From: an uncultured bacterium
GTDB lineage: Bacteria; Chloroflexota; UBA5177; JANWHV01
Length of the DNA: 64,000 nt
NCBI GenBank assembly: GCA_963827235.1
Contig: CAWHAE010000009.1
Location: forward strand, 96,001-160,000
Reading direction: 5' to 3'
Positions within the stretch are counted from its first letter, which is position 1; each line of letters starts with the position of its first letter. Shown here one piece after another: positions 18,617 to 28,728 of the stretch. The position numbers were made by a program, and so were the translations under genes. The notes under the pieces are model-generated. The model ran no database searches. It was not told the DNA's origin and saw only the letters and a program-made list of their open reading frames with translations.

Positions 18617-20637
18617 GTGCGCTCGGTGTTTCGCGGCAAGGTGGTGAACAAGGCTCACACCATCAACACCGGTGTCGACGAGTTCCCACGTTACGTGGTG
18701 GAATACCTGATCGACAACTACTGCTCCGAGGACACGTTCCAGCAGGACATGGAAAAGGTGGTGCGGCGCCTGAAGGATGCCTTCGTCTACGGCGCCGAGG
18801 CGGAGAAGATCCGCCATTACATCCGCGAGTCGCGGCGCCACTCGGTAATCGCCAGTCTAGAGGCTCGCTTGGTCGAGACTGAAGACAAGTACTGGGGCAC
18901 TATCTCGGCGATCAACGAGGATTTCGTGAACATCCCGGAAGCGATTGTACGCCAGTACCCGATGTTGCTGTCCGGCGGGATGTGGGGCACGATCGAGCTG
19001 ACCTACGACGAAACCGAAATCTACAGTGGACGAATCCGGCCGTTCAAGGTGCTGACTTTCACCCAGTTCCAAGTCAGCGTGATAAACCTGGACGAGTACA
19101 TCGATAAGCGGAAGGAGTTCAGCGCTGACGCATGGACTGATCTGATGATCAACTCGTGCGGATTGAACCCTGCGGTGATGACGCGAAGGCAGAAGTTGCT
19201 GTACCTGTGCCGGTGCATTCCGCTTGTCGAGCAGAACTGCAACATGATCGAGTTGGCGCCGCGTGAGACCGGGAAGACATACCTGTACCGGAACATCTCA
19301 TACTACGCGCACGTGCTGTCCGGCGGCAAGGCCACGCCGGCGCAGCTCTTCGTCAACCTGAACACGGGCAAAATTGGCGAAGTGGGCACGCGCGACGCCG
19401 TGGTGTTCGACGAGATCGCCAATACAGATTTCACGGACCCCGAGGCGTTCGTCAGCATCATGCAGGGCTACATGCAGGATGCGAAGTTTAGCCGGGGCAA
19501 GAAGGAGCTGCTGGCGTTTGCCAGCCTGGTCTTCGTCGGCAACATCGACGTACAGGGTAGCCAGCCGCATGAGAAGTACTACCATCTGTTCGAGCCCCTA
19601 CCCGACTTCATGCAGGTGATCGCCTTTCTGGACCGCATCCACTCGTACCTGCCGGACTGGGAACTGCCGAAACTCTCGCCGAACAGCTATGCTAGGGATT
19701 ACGGCTTCATCGCGGACTACTTCTGCGAGATCATGCACGAGCTGCGACGTACGGATCTGGTGCAAAGCGTGCACCGCCGCTTCGAGCTGCTGGACACGGC
19801 GAAGACATCCCAGGGCGTCTCCGGTCGCGACCAGCGCGCGGTGCTCAAGAGCGTATCGGGCCTGCTCAAGCTGCTCTATCCGGACGGTCACATAGAGGAT
19901 GACGCGCTGGAGGAAGTCCTGCTCCTGGCGTGCGAGCTGCGCCAGCGCGTACGGGATCAACTCCATCTGATCGCACCGGGAGAATACGATCGCGTCAAGC
20001 TTGGCGTACGCATGACAGCCACAGATAGGGAGATTGCGCCTACCGTGCCGGAGAGCGGTCGTGTGCAGCGTGTCACGGCCCGCGAGTATCCGGCAGTGGG
20101 CGAGGTGACTGGCCTTGCCGTCAGCGGAGACCATGGGACGCTGCTATCGTTTGAGATGCAGGCACTAAAAGGCAAGGGGCGCATCACCGCGCTCGGCTCG
20201 ATGCAGCGAGTGATGAAGGAGAGCGTTGAAGCAGCGGTACAGTACATCCGCGGACATGCCAAGGATCTTGGAATCAACCCAACCTGGCGCGACAACTATG
20301 ACGTCGCCGTCCTGGCCACATTCATGGGTTGGCCAAAAGAAGGGCCTTCTGCCGGGGTGACGATCGCCACAGGCATCGTCTCGGCATTGACAGGCAGGAA
20401 GGTGCGCGCCGACCTGGCCATGACCGGTGAGATAACGATCATTGGGAAAGGTGTTGCCGGTCGGCGGGATCCAGCAGAAAGTGCGCGCTGCATTTGACGC
20501 CAAGATCAAAGAGGTCCTGCTACCGGCACAAAAAACTCGCCGACGCCCAGCTATTGCCGTCCTACATTCTGGAGGCGGTCACGTTGACCCCAGTGACGAC
20601 GGTAGAGGAGGTACTGCAGAGCGCACTGCTTGATTGA
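18617..20637 (+). CDS. brxL: BREX Lon-like protease BrxL (two +1 frameshifts near 20448 and 20532)
   Basis: [32 protein letters not shown]; Lon domain [14 protein letters not shown], then [12 protein letters not shown] in the shifted frame. Confidence 0.85.
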
Positions 20638-20655
20638 TCGCGGTTTGGCGCCAAG

Positions 20656-20952
20656 CTAGTGCCTACGCACTCTCGCACCTGACTCCGGTTGGTCACGTAC
20701 TGCCCACCTGACAGAATCACGGCGAGCACGACCGGTTCCTGGCTCGAAGAGTCGCTGCACAGGTACGTCCGGGTTATCGCGCACGGCTACGTAAAGCTGG
20801 GCCGACATCGTACTTCGCGGCGTTTTCCCGGCCGGCGAGATAAGCCCTCTACGTAATGCTTCGTCGGTAATCTCAGCAGCCGTGAGTGGCTTGGCGGCAT
20901 CACGCAAGACCTGCACGGCGGCTGACAAATAGCTGCTTGTGGCACCCATCAT
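20656..20952 (-). CDS. stand-alone HARE-HTH winged-helix protein
   Basis: AAVQVLRDAAKPLTAAEI..ALRRGLI...GKTPRSTMSAQLY. Confidence 0.75.
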   Translation of the reverse strand: MMGATSSYLSAAVQVLRDAAKPLTAAEITDEALRRGLISPAGKTPRSTMSAQLYVAVRDNPDVPVQRLFEPGTGRARRDSVRWAVRDQPESGARVRRH

Positions 20953-21106
20953 ATCACCCCCGAAACTATATTAACTCACTCGGCCTACGGGCTTGCGAAC
21001 TGTCGCCTATCAGCACAATGATGAGCGCGGACGATTGCCATTTTACAACCCGGGGGGTGCGCCCGGCGTCATCATGATCATGCGGGGAAGAGGAACGAGG
21101 TAGAGC

Positions 21107-21643
21107 ATGACACGTGTCTCAATGCGCGACCGGTACGTTCGCGCAGTAGCCAAGTATATCGTCGACCACTACAACAGCCAGCCCCTTCCGAGCATCGAGC
21201 AGCTCATCGAAATCAACGGCAGCACCGGGTTCCCCGTGGCCATCGAGGTACGGAGTGCCATGAACGTCACTAGCGTGGCACTGCAGGACGATGAATTGGA
21301 AGCCGCACACAGGCTCGCCAAGAACGCGATCGTGGAGCAGGTGCCTCACTTCCCCATCGAGCAGGCACGTATCCTGGCTCAGGTGGTCAAGGTGTGGCGG
21401 CCGAGTACCAACGACATCCAGCGCGCCAAGCTGATCAGTCGCGTAAAGCAGTGGCTCGCCGACGCCAAGCTTGAAGGCAATCACGATAGCCTGCTTCAAC
21501 GACTCACCACGCTCACCCCGAAAGAATCATCAGCGCTCATCAACGCGCTTCTGCGCGCCAGCCGTGGCACACTCACGGACCAGGCTCTCCAGGCAAGCGG
21601 CATACTCCTTCTCCCTGTCAATAGACGCCCAGGCTCCCGCTAG
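21107..21643 (+). CDS. hypothetical protein
   Basis: 178 aa ORF with RBS gaggt and protein-like composition. Confidence 0.6.
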   Translation: MTRVSMRDRYVRAVAKYIVDHYNSQPLPSIEQLIEINGSTGFPVAIEVRSAMNVTSVALQDDELEAAHRLAKNAIVEQVPHFPIEQARILAQVVKVWRPSTNDIQRAKLISRVKQWLADAKLEGNHDSLLQRLTTLTPKESSALINALLRASRGTLTDQALQASGILLLPVNRRPGSR

Positions 21644-22413
21644 TCTTGTGCCTTCGGGCTCGCACCGCGGGCTGTCCGGGCAAGGTCGCGGCAGCGGTCG
21701 GCTGCAAACCTCTATTGCCGGTTGGAGGTCCGCGATGCAAGACATTGCGAGCGATGACGGGTTGCGTCGCCTGTCGTCTGCAGGTGACGGCTACATCTAC
21801 AGGGCAGTCGGCGAAGCCACTTACGACGCGACGGCCCGACAAGTACTTCGCCGCCGACCTGGAGACGGCGGAACGCTGGCTCCTGGCCCACAGGCGAGGC
21901 AACCGGAAGCGGTGCGGAACCTGCGCGCCGTAGCTGCAGGCAGAGAGTCCGGCGCCGCACCCGGGCGAAGGCGAGCGGACTGCCCTGAACGTCGATCCGC
22001 AGGCACCCTCGAGGGCGTTGGCAAAGCGGCTCGACGCCCTGTTTGTAGAACACAGGACGATGAACGGGCAGCGGCACGGATCACGCTACGGCTCACGTCG
22101 CGGACGAACGGACTGCCGCTCTATCCTGTGCGGCTTCGACTGCCATGCCAGAATCCAGTCTTTGGACGTCGGCCACGCATTTGACAGGCTTCGGTCTTGC
22201 TGGAACGCTGGCGCCCCATCTGAAGAACTGGCATGCCAAGTCCCAGCCGAACCAGGTGTGTCTGAAGTCACCCGTCGATGGCCCTCAGGCGAGCTTCGGC
22301 CGGCCGATATTCTACAACACGCAGCCTGCATTTGCTGGACAGGTGCTGCTCCAAGGGCTGGCTCACAGCAGTTGTGCAAGTAAGCCAACGGGCTCGAGGA
22401 AAGGAGCGACGCG

Positions 22414-23439
22414 GTGACTCAACAGGTGACGGTGCGGGAACGCCTCGCAACATGGCTCGGAAGCCAGTCGAGGAGTCTAGCCAGCTTTTCGGAACCGGTG
22501 TTGTACGCTTATCTGGCTGAACAGATCGGGGCTCAGCCTGAGGAAGTTCGTGCGGCCGTCTGTACGGAAGGCCCTCCAGTCTACGCCCTGTTCGAGCATC
22601 TCTGGCAAGGACGATGGTCGCCGAGCAAGCCGTTCGCACTCTACGGGTATGACTCAAACCATTGCGTGCTCGATTGGGAGATCTCTCTCGTCGCTGGTTT
22701 TGCCCAATGGTTGACAGCGCAGGGCTACGTCGCCGTGCGCGAGTTCGGCGGCTCCGTACATACTCAGCATCTTGCGCTTGGCGGCACTCTCCACGGTCTC
22801 CAGGCCGGCACGAATCAGCGGGACCTCGCCGCGCACAAGGATACGCGCGACCCACAAGATCTCTGGCTTTTCGAGGCCAAGGGGAAGGTTGCAGGTGGGT
22901 TTGACATTTACGAGTCCGCGGAGGCGCTTGGGCAGATCTTCATGTATCCCGATGCACTGCTAAGCGGGCTGCTCGGCAGCAAGAGTTCGCGTGTAGGTGG
23001 ACACCTGTGGAACATCGTCGACCAACTTGGCGATGGTTGGATTGCGGGCGGACGACGCACTCACCTTGCTGCGGTCGTCCCAGCATTCTCGCCAACGCCG
23101 GTCTGGCAGGGTGGTGGTAAGGTCACGATGCAGCCACGGCCGTACTATGAGCGCCCCGTGCAGCGTGTGCTGGACTTCGTTCAGAATCGGAATGCTCTCG
23201 TCTCGCGGGCCGTCTTTAAGCAGGACGTGTTGTTCGCTGAGGTTCTCGGTGCAATTGAGACGCGGTATGGGCTGAGCGACCTCGTGGCAGGCAATGGTCC
23301 TGTAACCTTCCACATCGTGGAACTCTCCACGACGCCCTCTGGCGAGTTGAGGGTATACGATCGGACCAGGGAAAGTCTGTGGGTGCCCGCGCTCGCAAAC
23401 GCCGCAAACGCCCGTGCCGGGCCTTGCTATCGCACCTAA
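22414..23439 (+). CDS. putative PD-(D/E)xK restriction-like nuclease
   Basis: RDLAAHK..LWLFEAKG..EALGQIFMY pattern; RBS aaggag. Confidence 0.6.
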   Translation: MTQQVTVRERLATWLGSQSRSLASFSEPVLYAYLAEQIGAQPEEVRAAVCTEGPPVYALFEHLWQGRWSPSKPFALYGYDSNHCVLDWEISLVAGFAQWLTAQGYVAVREFGGSVHTQHLALGGTLHGLQAGTNQRDLAAHKDTRDPQDLWLFEAKGKVAGGFDIYESAEALGQIFMYPDALLSGLLGSKSSRVGGHLWNIVDQLGDGWIAGGRRTHLAAVVPAFSPTPVWQGGGKVTMQPRPYYERPVQRVLDFVQNRNALVSRAVFKQDVLFAEVLGAIETRYGLSDLVAGNGPVTFHIVELSTTPSGELRVYDRTRESLWVPALANAANARAGPCYRT

Positions 23440-23638
23440 TAGCCCGTTAGCTGCGACAGCACGGTACGGCCTGCTAGCACAGGAGCAGAGCCGATCCCAA
23501 GGCCTTTGCCTTGTGCAGGTGCCAAGAACCCGATCCATGTGTATCCTGAGGGCGGGCACGTGGCTGTTCGCCGAGGCTGTTCCATGGGACGGCTCACGTC
23601 GTTTCTGTACCACATGTGCGACAGAGAAAGACCCAAAC

Positions 23639-24241
23639 GTGGCCGAGCATCGACGTCCAGGGGTTCGTGTCCTACTGCTCTGGGATTGGGAGCTGCTCCT
23701 GCGTTGGGTGTTATCGAGTGTTGCCGGCAGCCTCGCCATGATGCTTGTGTTCTTGCTTTGGGGCGACCGCACCGTTGATGGCCTCGAGATGTGGCTTGGA
23801 TTCTTAACACCTGCTCTCGTTGCCGCAGTATGGCAGTGGCTGGAAATCTGCCGACGTCTCGCCGTCAGCGCTTGGGGCCTATTCCCGTGGCTGGTCGGGG
23901 CCACCATTAGTGGGCTGGCCGTGCTCGGACTCCTGGACTTCACTGGCACCACAGAAGACTACGCAAGGCTCGCAGTATTTGCGGCCATGTTCGGAGCAAC
24001 AGGCGGATTCTTCCAAGGGCTGTGCCTGCGGCGGCAAGCGCAGTGGGCAGATTTGTGGGGACTCATAAATGGAGTTACCTGCGGATTCGGGTGGCCGGCA
24101 GGCGTGTATGCTGGTTCGGCCTTGTTCGGCCACAACGGCACGGTTGTCGGATGGGTAGGCTACGGCACCGCGACAGGGCTCATTCTTGCGTGCCTATTCC
24201 GTGGATGGCAACAGCGCGGCCCACGGATTCGACAAGAGTAG
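23639..24241 (+). CDS. multi-pass membrane hypothetical protein
   Basis: several Gly/Trp-rich hydrophobic helices; start uncertain. Confidence 0.55.
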   Translation: MAEHRRPGVRVLLLWDWELLLRWVLSSVAGSLAMMLVFLLWGDRTVDGLEMWLGFLTPALVAAVWQWLEICRRLAVSAWGLFPWLVGATISGLAVLGLLDFTGTTEDYARLAVFAAMFGATGGFFQGLCLRRQAQWADLWGLINGVTCGFGWPAGVYAGSALFGHNGTVVGWVGYGTATGLILACLFRGWQQRGPRIRQE

Positions 24242-24388
24242 TCGCTCGATCGTCACTGACGCCGACTTCTGAATCCACTGACACTGACTTCTGCATATTG
24301 TCGTTGACTTCTGAAAATGACAACAAACGTATTCAGTCCGTGCCAGATCAATCCGGCAGAAACATGTTCGAATCCTGGAGGTCTGTCT

Positions 24389-24652
24389 ATGATCGTCGTC
24401 AACCTGTCACGGACCTGGCCAGCCGTGCTTGCCGGCAAGATCGACGCCGCTGCCCCCACGCTCGTTAGATGGGCACAGATCAAGGATGCCGACCTGGAGA
24501 CACAAGCCGACGTGATCCTCGGCATATACAAGAATCAAGTGGTCACTGCCTTCGATATCGAGGGTTGGACGCGAGGCGAAGACACGCGCGTCACATTCAT
24601 TGGACCTCGACTGCATAGCGGCAGCACTCCATCCTCTTCCGCAGGGAGATAG
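24389..24652 (+). CDS. small hypothetical protein, possibly a fragment
   Basis: ADVILGIYKNQVVTAFDIEGWT..RVTFIG looks protein-like. Confidence 0.4.
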   Translation: MIVVNLSRTWPAVLAGKIDAAAPTLVRWAQIKDADLETQADVILGIYKNQVVTAFDIEGWTRGEDTRVTFIGPRLHSGSTPSSSAGR

Positions 24653-25229
24653 GCTGTATCTGGCGATGGCGGTCGACGTCCAGACGCCGGAGCACCTGCA
24701 CACGCACCACGACCTCGACAACTATCTCTATCCGGTGGTCAGGCGACTGGGCTGCCCGCGATTCGTCCTCGTCCGCGGCGAGAAGCGCGTTGGCGGCGGC
24801 TCATACCTCAGTATTGGCCTTGCCTTACCCGCGCCCGATCCTGGCACCGCTGAAGGCTGGACCTGCTTCCGTCACATGGCCGGGAGCGGGGCGGAAGGGA
24901 AACGCTGGAAAGCCGGGCTGTGGAGCGCGCTGCACGCGGCGCGACCAACCGCATTGCCGCCCGGCGGAGCCGAGGTTCGCCTCGCCTGGCGCTGCTCGAA
25001 GGGACGTGACTGGTACCAGCGGCGCAACTGGGCTGCCCCGTGGAAGCCGGCCATCGACGCGATGGGCCCGGCGCTGCGTCCAGCGGCGGCACAGGATCCA
25101 ACCGACGACAAGCGCTTTCAACCCGGCGACGGCCGCATCGTCTCGCTGGAGCTGCACCTGGTGGAAGACCCGTCGATGGCGTTCGACGTCGAGGTCGGCA
25201 TGTGGTGGCGAGCGGCAGCGCGGAGTTGA
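24600..25229 (+). CDS. hypothetical protein with RusA-like motifs, probably 5'-truncated
   Basis: HDLDNYL and WKPAIDAMG..DGRIVSLELH. Confidence 0.45.
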   Translation: MDLDCIAAALHPLPQGDRLYLAMAVDVQTPEHLHTHHDLDNYLYPVVRRLGCPRFVLVRGEKRVGGGSYLSIGLALPAPDPGTAEGWTCFRHMAGSGAEGKRWKAGLWSALHAARPTALPPGGAEVRLAWRCSKGRDWYQRRNWAAPWKPAIDAMGPALRPAAAQDPTDDKRFQPGDGRIVSLELHLVEDPSMAFDVEVGMWWRAAARS

Positions 25230-25296
25230 CAAATGCCTCCGGACAAGAGTCGCGGTATCCGGCGCACCATCCGGCCGCGGCCGGTCCCGCCCCTGC

Positions 25297-25665
25297 CGCA
25301 ATCGCAGGCCACTGTCCTCGCCACACCCGGGACCGCAGTCCCGCACCTGCTGCCATGCGCCCGCAGTCGCAGGCCACTGCCATGAGCGATCGCAACCGCA
25401 GGCCACCGTGCCCCGCCACACCCGGGACCGCAGTCCCGCACCTGCTGCCATGCGCCCGCAGTCGCAGGCCACTGCCATGAGCGATCGCAACCGCAGGCCA
25501 CCGTGCCCCGCCACACCCGGGACCGCAGTCCCGCACCTGCTGCCATGCGCCCGCAGTCGCAGGCCACCGTCCCCGCCACACCCGGGACCGCAGTCCCCCA
25601 CCTGCTGCCATGCGATCGCAATCGCAGGCCACTGCCATGCGCCCGCAGTCGCAGGCCGCTGCCAT
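25297..25665. repeat. tandem REP/BIME-like array (95, 95, 65 bp periods) of CGCA-loop hairpins
   Basis: ccacacccgggaccgcagtcc starts at 25321, 25416, 25511 and 25576. Confidence 0.9.
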
Positions 25666-25819
25666 CTTGCCGCGGCTGGAGGCTCCTCGTCCGCCGTGCC
25701 GCGGATTCAGATGGGAAGCCTTTGGTAGATCGACTGCAGAGCATGTTTCCGTGGGCATTGCCGGGTTGCATGCGGCGATACGCCGGGCGGCTGGACTGAC
25801 GGCTCCGGCTGACGCGAGC

Positions 25820-25985
25820 GCGCCGGTACCATCGACAGAGAGTCCTGTCCCCCGGCGCGGACGGCATGGCAGTCGTCTACCTGGCCCGCGACCTCATCCT
25901 GGACCGGCTTGCGGCGTTGAAGATCCTGCCGCTGTTCGCACCGGGCGTTGAAGCGCGGGAGAGATTTCGGCGCCAGGCCATCGTG
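25820..25985 (+). pseudogene. Ser/Thr protein kinase N-terminal remnant
   Basis: GMAVVYLARDLILDRLAALKILP..RERFRRQA (subdomains I-III), then similarity is lost. Confidence 0.7.
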
Positions 25986-26109
25986 TTTTTCATCCGAAGC
26001 GCTTGCTGCCAGAATCACACTGATCGGCGATCAAATCACAGCGCGGCGCCGCATCGAGACAAGGCCGGTTATTGGCGGCCACCGGCAGCCTCGGCCGTTG
26101 GAGCGAAGC

Positions 26110-26360
26110 CTCTGTGACCACTCTGCCATCGCCAGTCGCCACGGCCGCCACGACCCAACCCGCCCGGTCGAGCGTCCACTGCTCCGGCAGGTGGAGACCC
26201 TGCTTCCGTGGGGACGTCGGCGCGTAACCCTTCCGCGTCGCGTCCGCGCCGAAGAATCCGGCAACTTTGGACCCATCGGTGAAGGCGACGATGACCCACG
26301 CGGCGTCCGGTATGTGTTGGCTGAAGAGCCAGTCCCACATACTCGGAGGACACAATAAAC
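26110..26360 (-). pseudogene. DUF6338-like C-terminal fragment
   Basis: PSMWDWLF..WVIVAFTDGSKVAGFFG..LHLPEQW. Confidence 0.5.
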
Positions 26361-26477
26361 TATGGTGCGGCCTGGTACCGCGTTCTCCGGTCGTCGTACT
26401 CGGCGGCAGTTCGGCGCCGGTAGCATCGATGTCTTCCTTGACATCCTGCCCGTTCGTGCTAGACTTCGTTAGGAGAT

Positions 26478-26491
26478 AGAACATATGTTCG
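26478..26491. promoter_or_regulatory. LexA (Cheo-type) SOS box candidate
   Basis: aGAACATATGTTCg = GAAC-N4-GTTC. Confidence 0.55.
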
Positions 26492-26689
26492 TCTTTCCGG
26501 CACTCCGTCGCGCAGCCTGAGCCGGGTCCTCCCGCGCGACCCGAATGCTTGCAAATGGTTGCAAATGCTTGCAAATGCTTGGAGGGAATGGTTGATGCCT
26601 GCTTCCAGCGCCGCGTGTATCGGCGGCGGCCGCCGCACGGCCTCGCAGTCCCTCCCGCACCGCTCGCCGCCCCGGCGTGCGGGCAAACG

Positions 26690-26965
26690 GCGATACCTTG
26701 CCGCGAACAGGCGCTGGTGGCCGTCACGCACCAGCTGCTCGAGGTGATCTACCACATCCTCACGACGGGGGACCGCCATCACGAGCTCGGGGCCGACCAC
26801 GACCAGACCGCGGACCCGCGACGCACGGTTCGGCCCCTCGCCAAGCGGCTCGAACGCCTGGGCTTTACCGTCACCCTCGCACCGGCCGCGAAGGCGGGCT
26901 AAGCAGGCGGTGCAGGGTCATGGGAACCCTCCCACGAGCGCTTCCAGGGCATTTCCGAGAGAACC
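26690..26965 (+). mobile_element. IS110-family transposase C-terminal remnant
   Basis: ALVAVTHQLLEVIYHILTTG..ELGAD..KRLERLGFTVTL. Confidence 0.7.
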
Positions 26966-27272
26966 CCCGAGGGCATCTCCCGTCGACAACCGGCCCCGTC
27001 ACCTGGGACCGCAGTCCCCCTCGTGCTGCCATGACTCCGCAGAGTCAGGCCTGCGCCCGCCGCAACCGGCGGCCGCCACGCCCCCACGTGCGTGCTTGGG
27101 GTTCGCGTCGATTCGTGCTATATGCTTCCCAGAAGTAGTTGAAGTGCGAACCTGCCTGCCGCTTGCCCGCGACCGCAGTCGCCCCGTGCGCTGCCATGCG
27201 ACCACAGTCGCAGGTCCGTGCCGCAGCTTCTGGTTGGAAGCATCTAGATCCAGATCGGGAGCATGAGCAGGC

Positions 27273-28322
27273 GTGTCATCTGCAGAGGAGCATCCGGTGA
27301 TAGCATCCGGTCCGGTCCAGGACCGAGCGCGCGGCTGCCTGATGGGGCAGCTCGTAGGCGACGCGCTCGGCAGCATCGTGGAATTCCAATCTGCCGCCGC
27401 CATCCGCGCCGCCTACCCCAACGGCCTGCGCGAGATCATCCCCAGCCCCGTCCACCACACGCTGGCCGGGCAGCCAACCGACGACTCAGAGCTGGCGCTC
27501 GCCCTGGCCCGCTCGCTCGTCGAGCGCCGCGGATACGACCGGGAAGACGTGGCCGGCGCCTACGCCGATTGGTATGAAAGCGATCCCTTCGACGTCGGCG
27601 CCACGATCGGGCAGGCTCTCCGCGCCGCCGCGGCTGCCCGTGCCGCCGGTACCTCTGTTGCCGATGCCGCCTGCGCCGCCGCCAGCCGGCAGAGCCAGGG
27701 CAACGGCGCCCTCATGCGCCAGAGTCCCCTGGCCATCTGGGGTTGGCGGAGGGACCCCCAGGATCTCGACCGATTCGTGCGCGCGGATACCATGCTCACT
27801 CACCCGCACCCCGTCTGCCAGGCCGGCTCCGCCGTCTACGTCGGCGTCCTCTCCCTCATCGTGCGTGAGGGCACCGGCGGCCGCGAGGCGTACCGGCGCG
27901 CGCGGGACTGGCACCAGCACTACTCCGGGCGCTCGGTCGAGGTACCGGCGGCGATCGATGAGGCCGAGACCGTCCTGCCGGTCTTCAGCCGCAATCAGGG
28001 CCACGTGCTGATCGCCCTGCAAAACGCCTTCTACCAGGCCCTGCACGCACCCAGCTTCGAGGAAGGCCTGGTGCAGACCGTGATGGCCGGCGGCGACACG
28101 GACACCAATGCCGCCATCGCAGGTGCCATGCTCGGCGCGCTGTATGGCGTGGAGGCCATCCCGCGGCAGTGGCGCGACGCCGTCCTGAGCTGCCGCCCGC
28201 GGCTCGGCAGCCCGGGTGTCCTGCAGCCTCGGCCGTCACGGTATTGGCCGGTGGATGCGCTCGATCTTGCCGATAGCCTCCTGGAAGCAGGTATCGAGCA
28301 GGCCGGACAGGCCGGCACCTGA
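27273..28322 (+). CDS. ADP-ribosylglycohydrolase (DraG/ARH family)
   Basis: VGDALG, PTDDSE, GNGALMR, GGDTDTNAAIAG. Confidence 0.92.
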   Translation: MSSAEEHPVIASGPVQDRARGCLMGQLVGDALGSIVEFQSAAAIRAAYPNGLREIIPSPVHHTLAGQPTDDSELALALARSLVERRGYDREDVAGAYADWYESDPFDVGATIGQALRAAAAARAAGTSVADAACAAASRQSQGNGALMRQSPLAIWGWRRDPQDLDRFVRADTMLTHPHPVCQAGSAVYVGVLSLIVREGTGGREAYRRARDWHQHYSGRSVEVPAAIDEAETVLPVFSRNQGHVLIALQNAFYQALHAPSFEEGLVQTVMAGGDTDTNAAIAGAMLGALYGVEAIPRQWRDAVLSCRPRLGSPGVLQPRPSRYWPVDALDLADSLLEAGIEQAGQAGT

Positions 28323-28477
28323 CCACACGCCCGGTAACCATCCCATCGCCCGCGCCACAACTGTGACGCGTGCTCGCCTCGCCATCGACCACGGGCGGTG
28401 GTACCGGCAATGATCCGCACATCCCTTGCCTGCACCGGCACGGTGAGAGCTGCCGTCCCGGCCGGTACGCAGGGGCG

Positions 28478-28680
28478 GGCGGATTGAAATCCGCATCTTG
28501 GCCGGCCATGAGGCTCCCCGGGCTGAAGCCACGGGGAATCGTATCGGAAATCACGCCCACTCGCAGAGCCCGCGACCGCAGCCTGCGCACCACATCCGGC
28601 CGCAGCCAGCCCGCGCCCTGCCATCCGACCGCAGTCGGAGGCTCCCGTCCCCCGTCCATCCGACCGCAGTCGGAGGCCCC
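28478..28680. repeat. REP-like palindromes upstream of tnpA
   Basis: gcggattgaaatccgc; ccccgggctgaagccacgggg; two copies of tccgaccgcagtcgga. Confidence 0.7.
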
Positions 28681-28728
28681 CGCGGCCGGCCAGTTTGCCT
28701 GAATCCAAATCGGGGCTATATTGCGTAT

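Noticed and set aside
20443-20451. Programmed -1 frameshift at GGGAAAG in brxL
   Set aside because: Restoring the frame requires +1, and a second nearby +1 indel points to sequencing error
21646-22400. Genes between the 178-aa ORF and the nuclease
   Set aside because: Several overlapping ORFs with no motif or clear RBS; none can be supported
25297-25665. CRISPR array
   Set aside because: Sequences between the repeats are themselves repeated rather than unique spacers, and no cas genes are present
24790-25867. Long ORFs spanning the tandem repeat
   Set aside because: Open on both strands and in several frames because of the GC-rich repeat; products are repetitive with no recognisable domain
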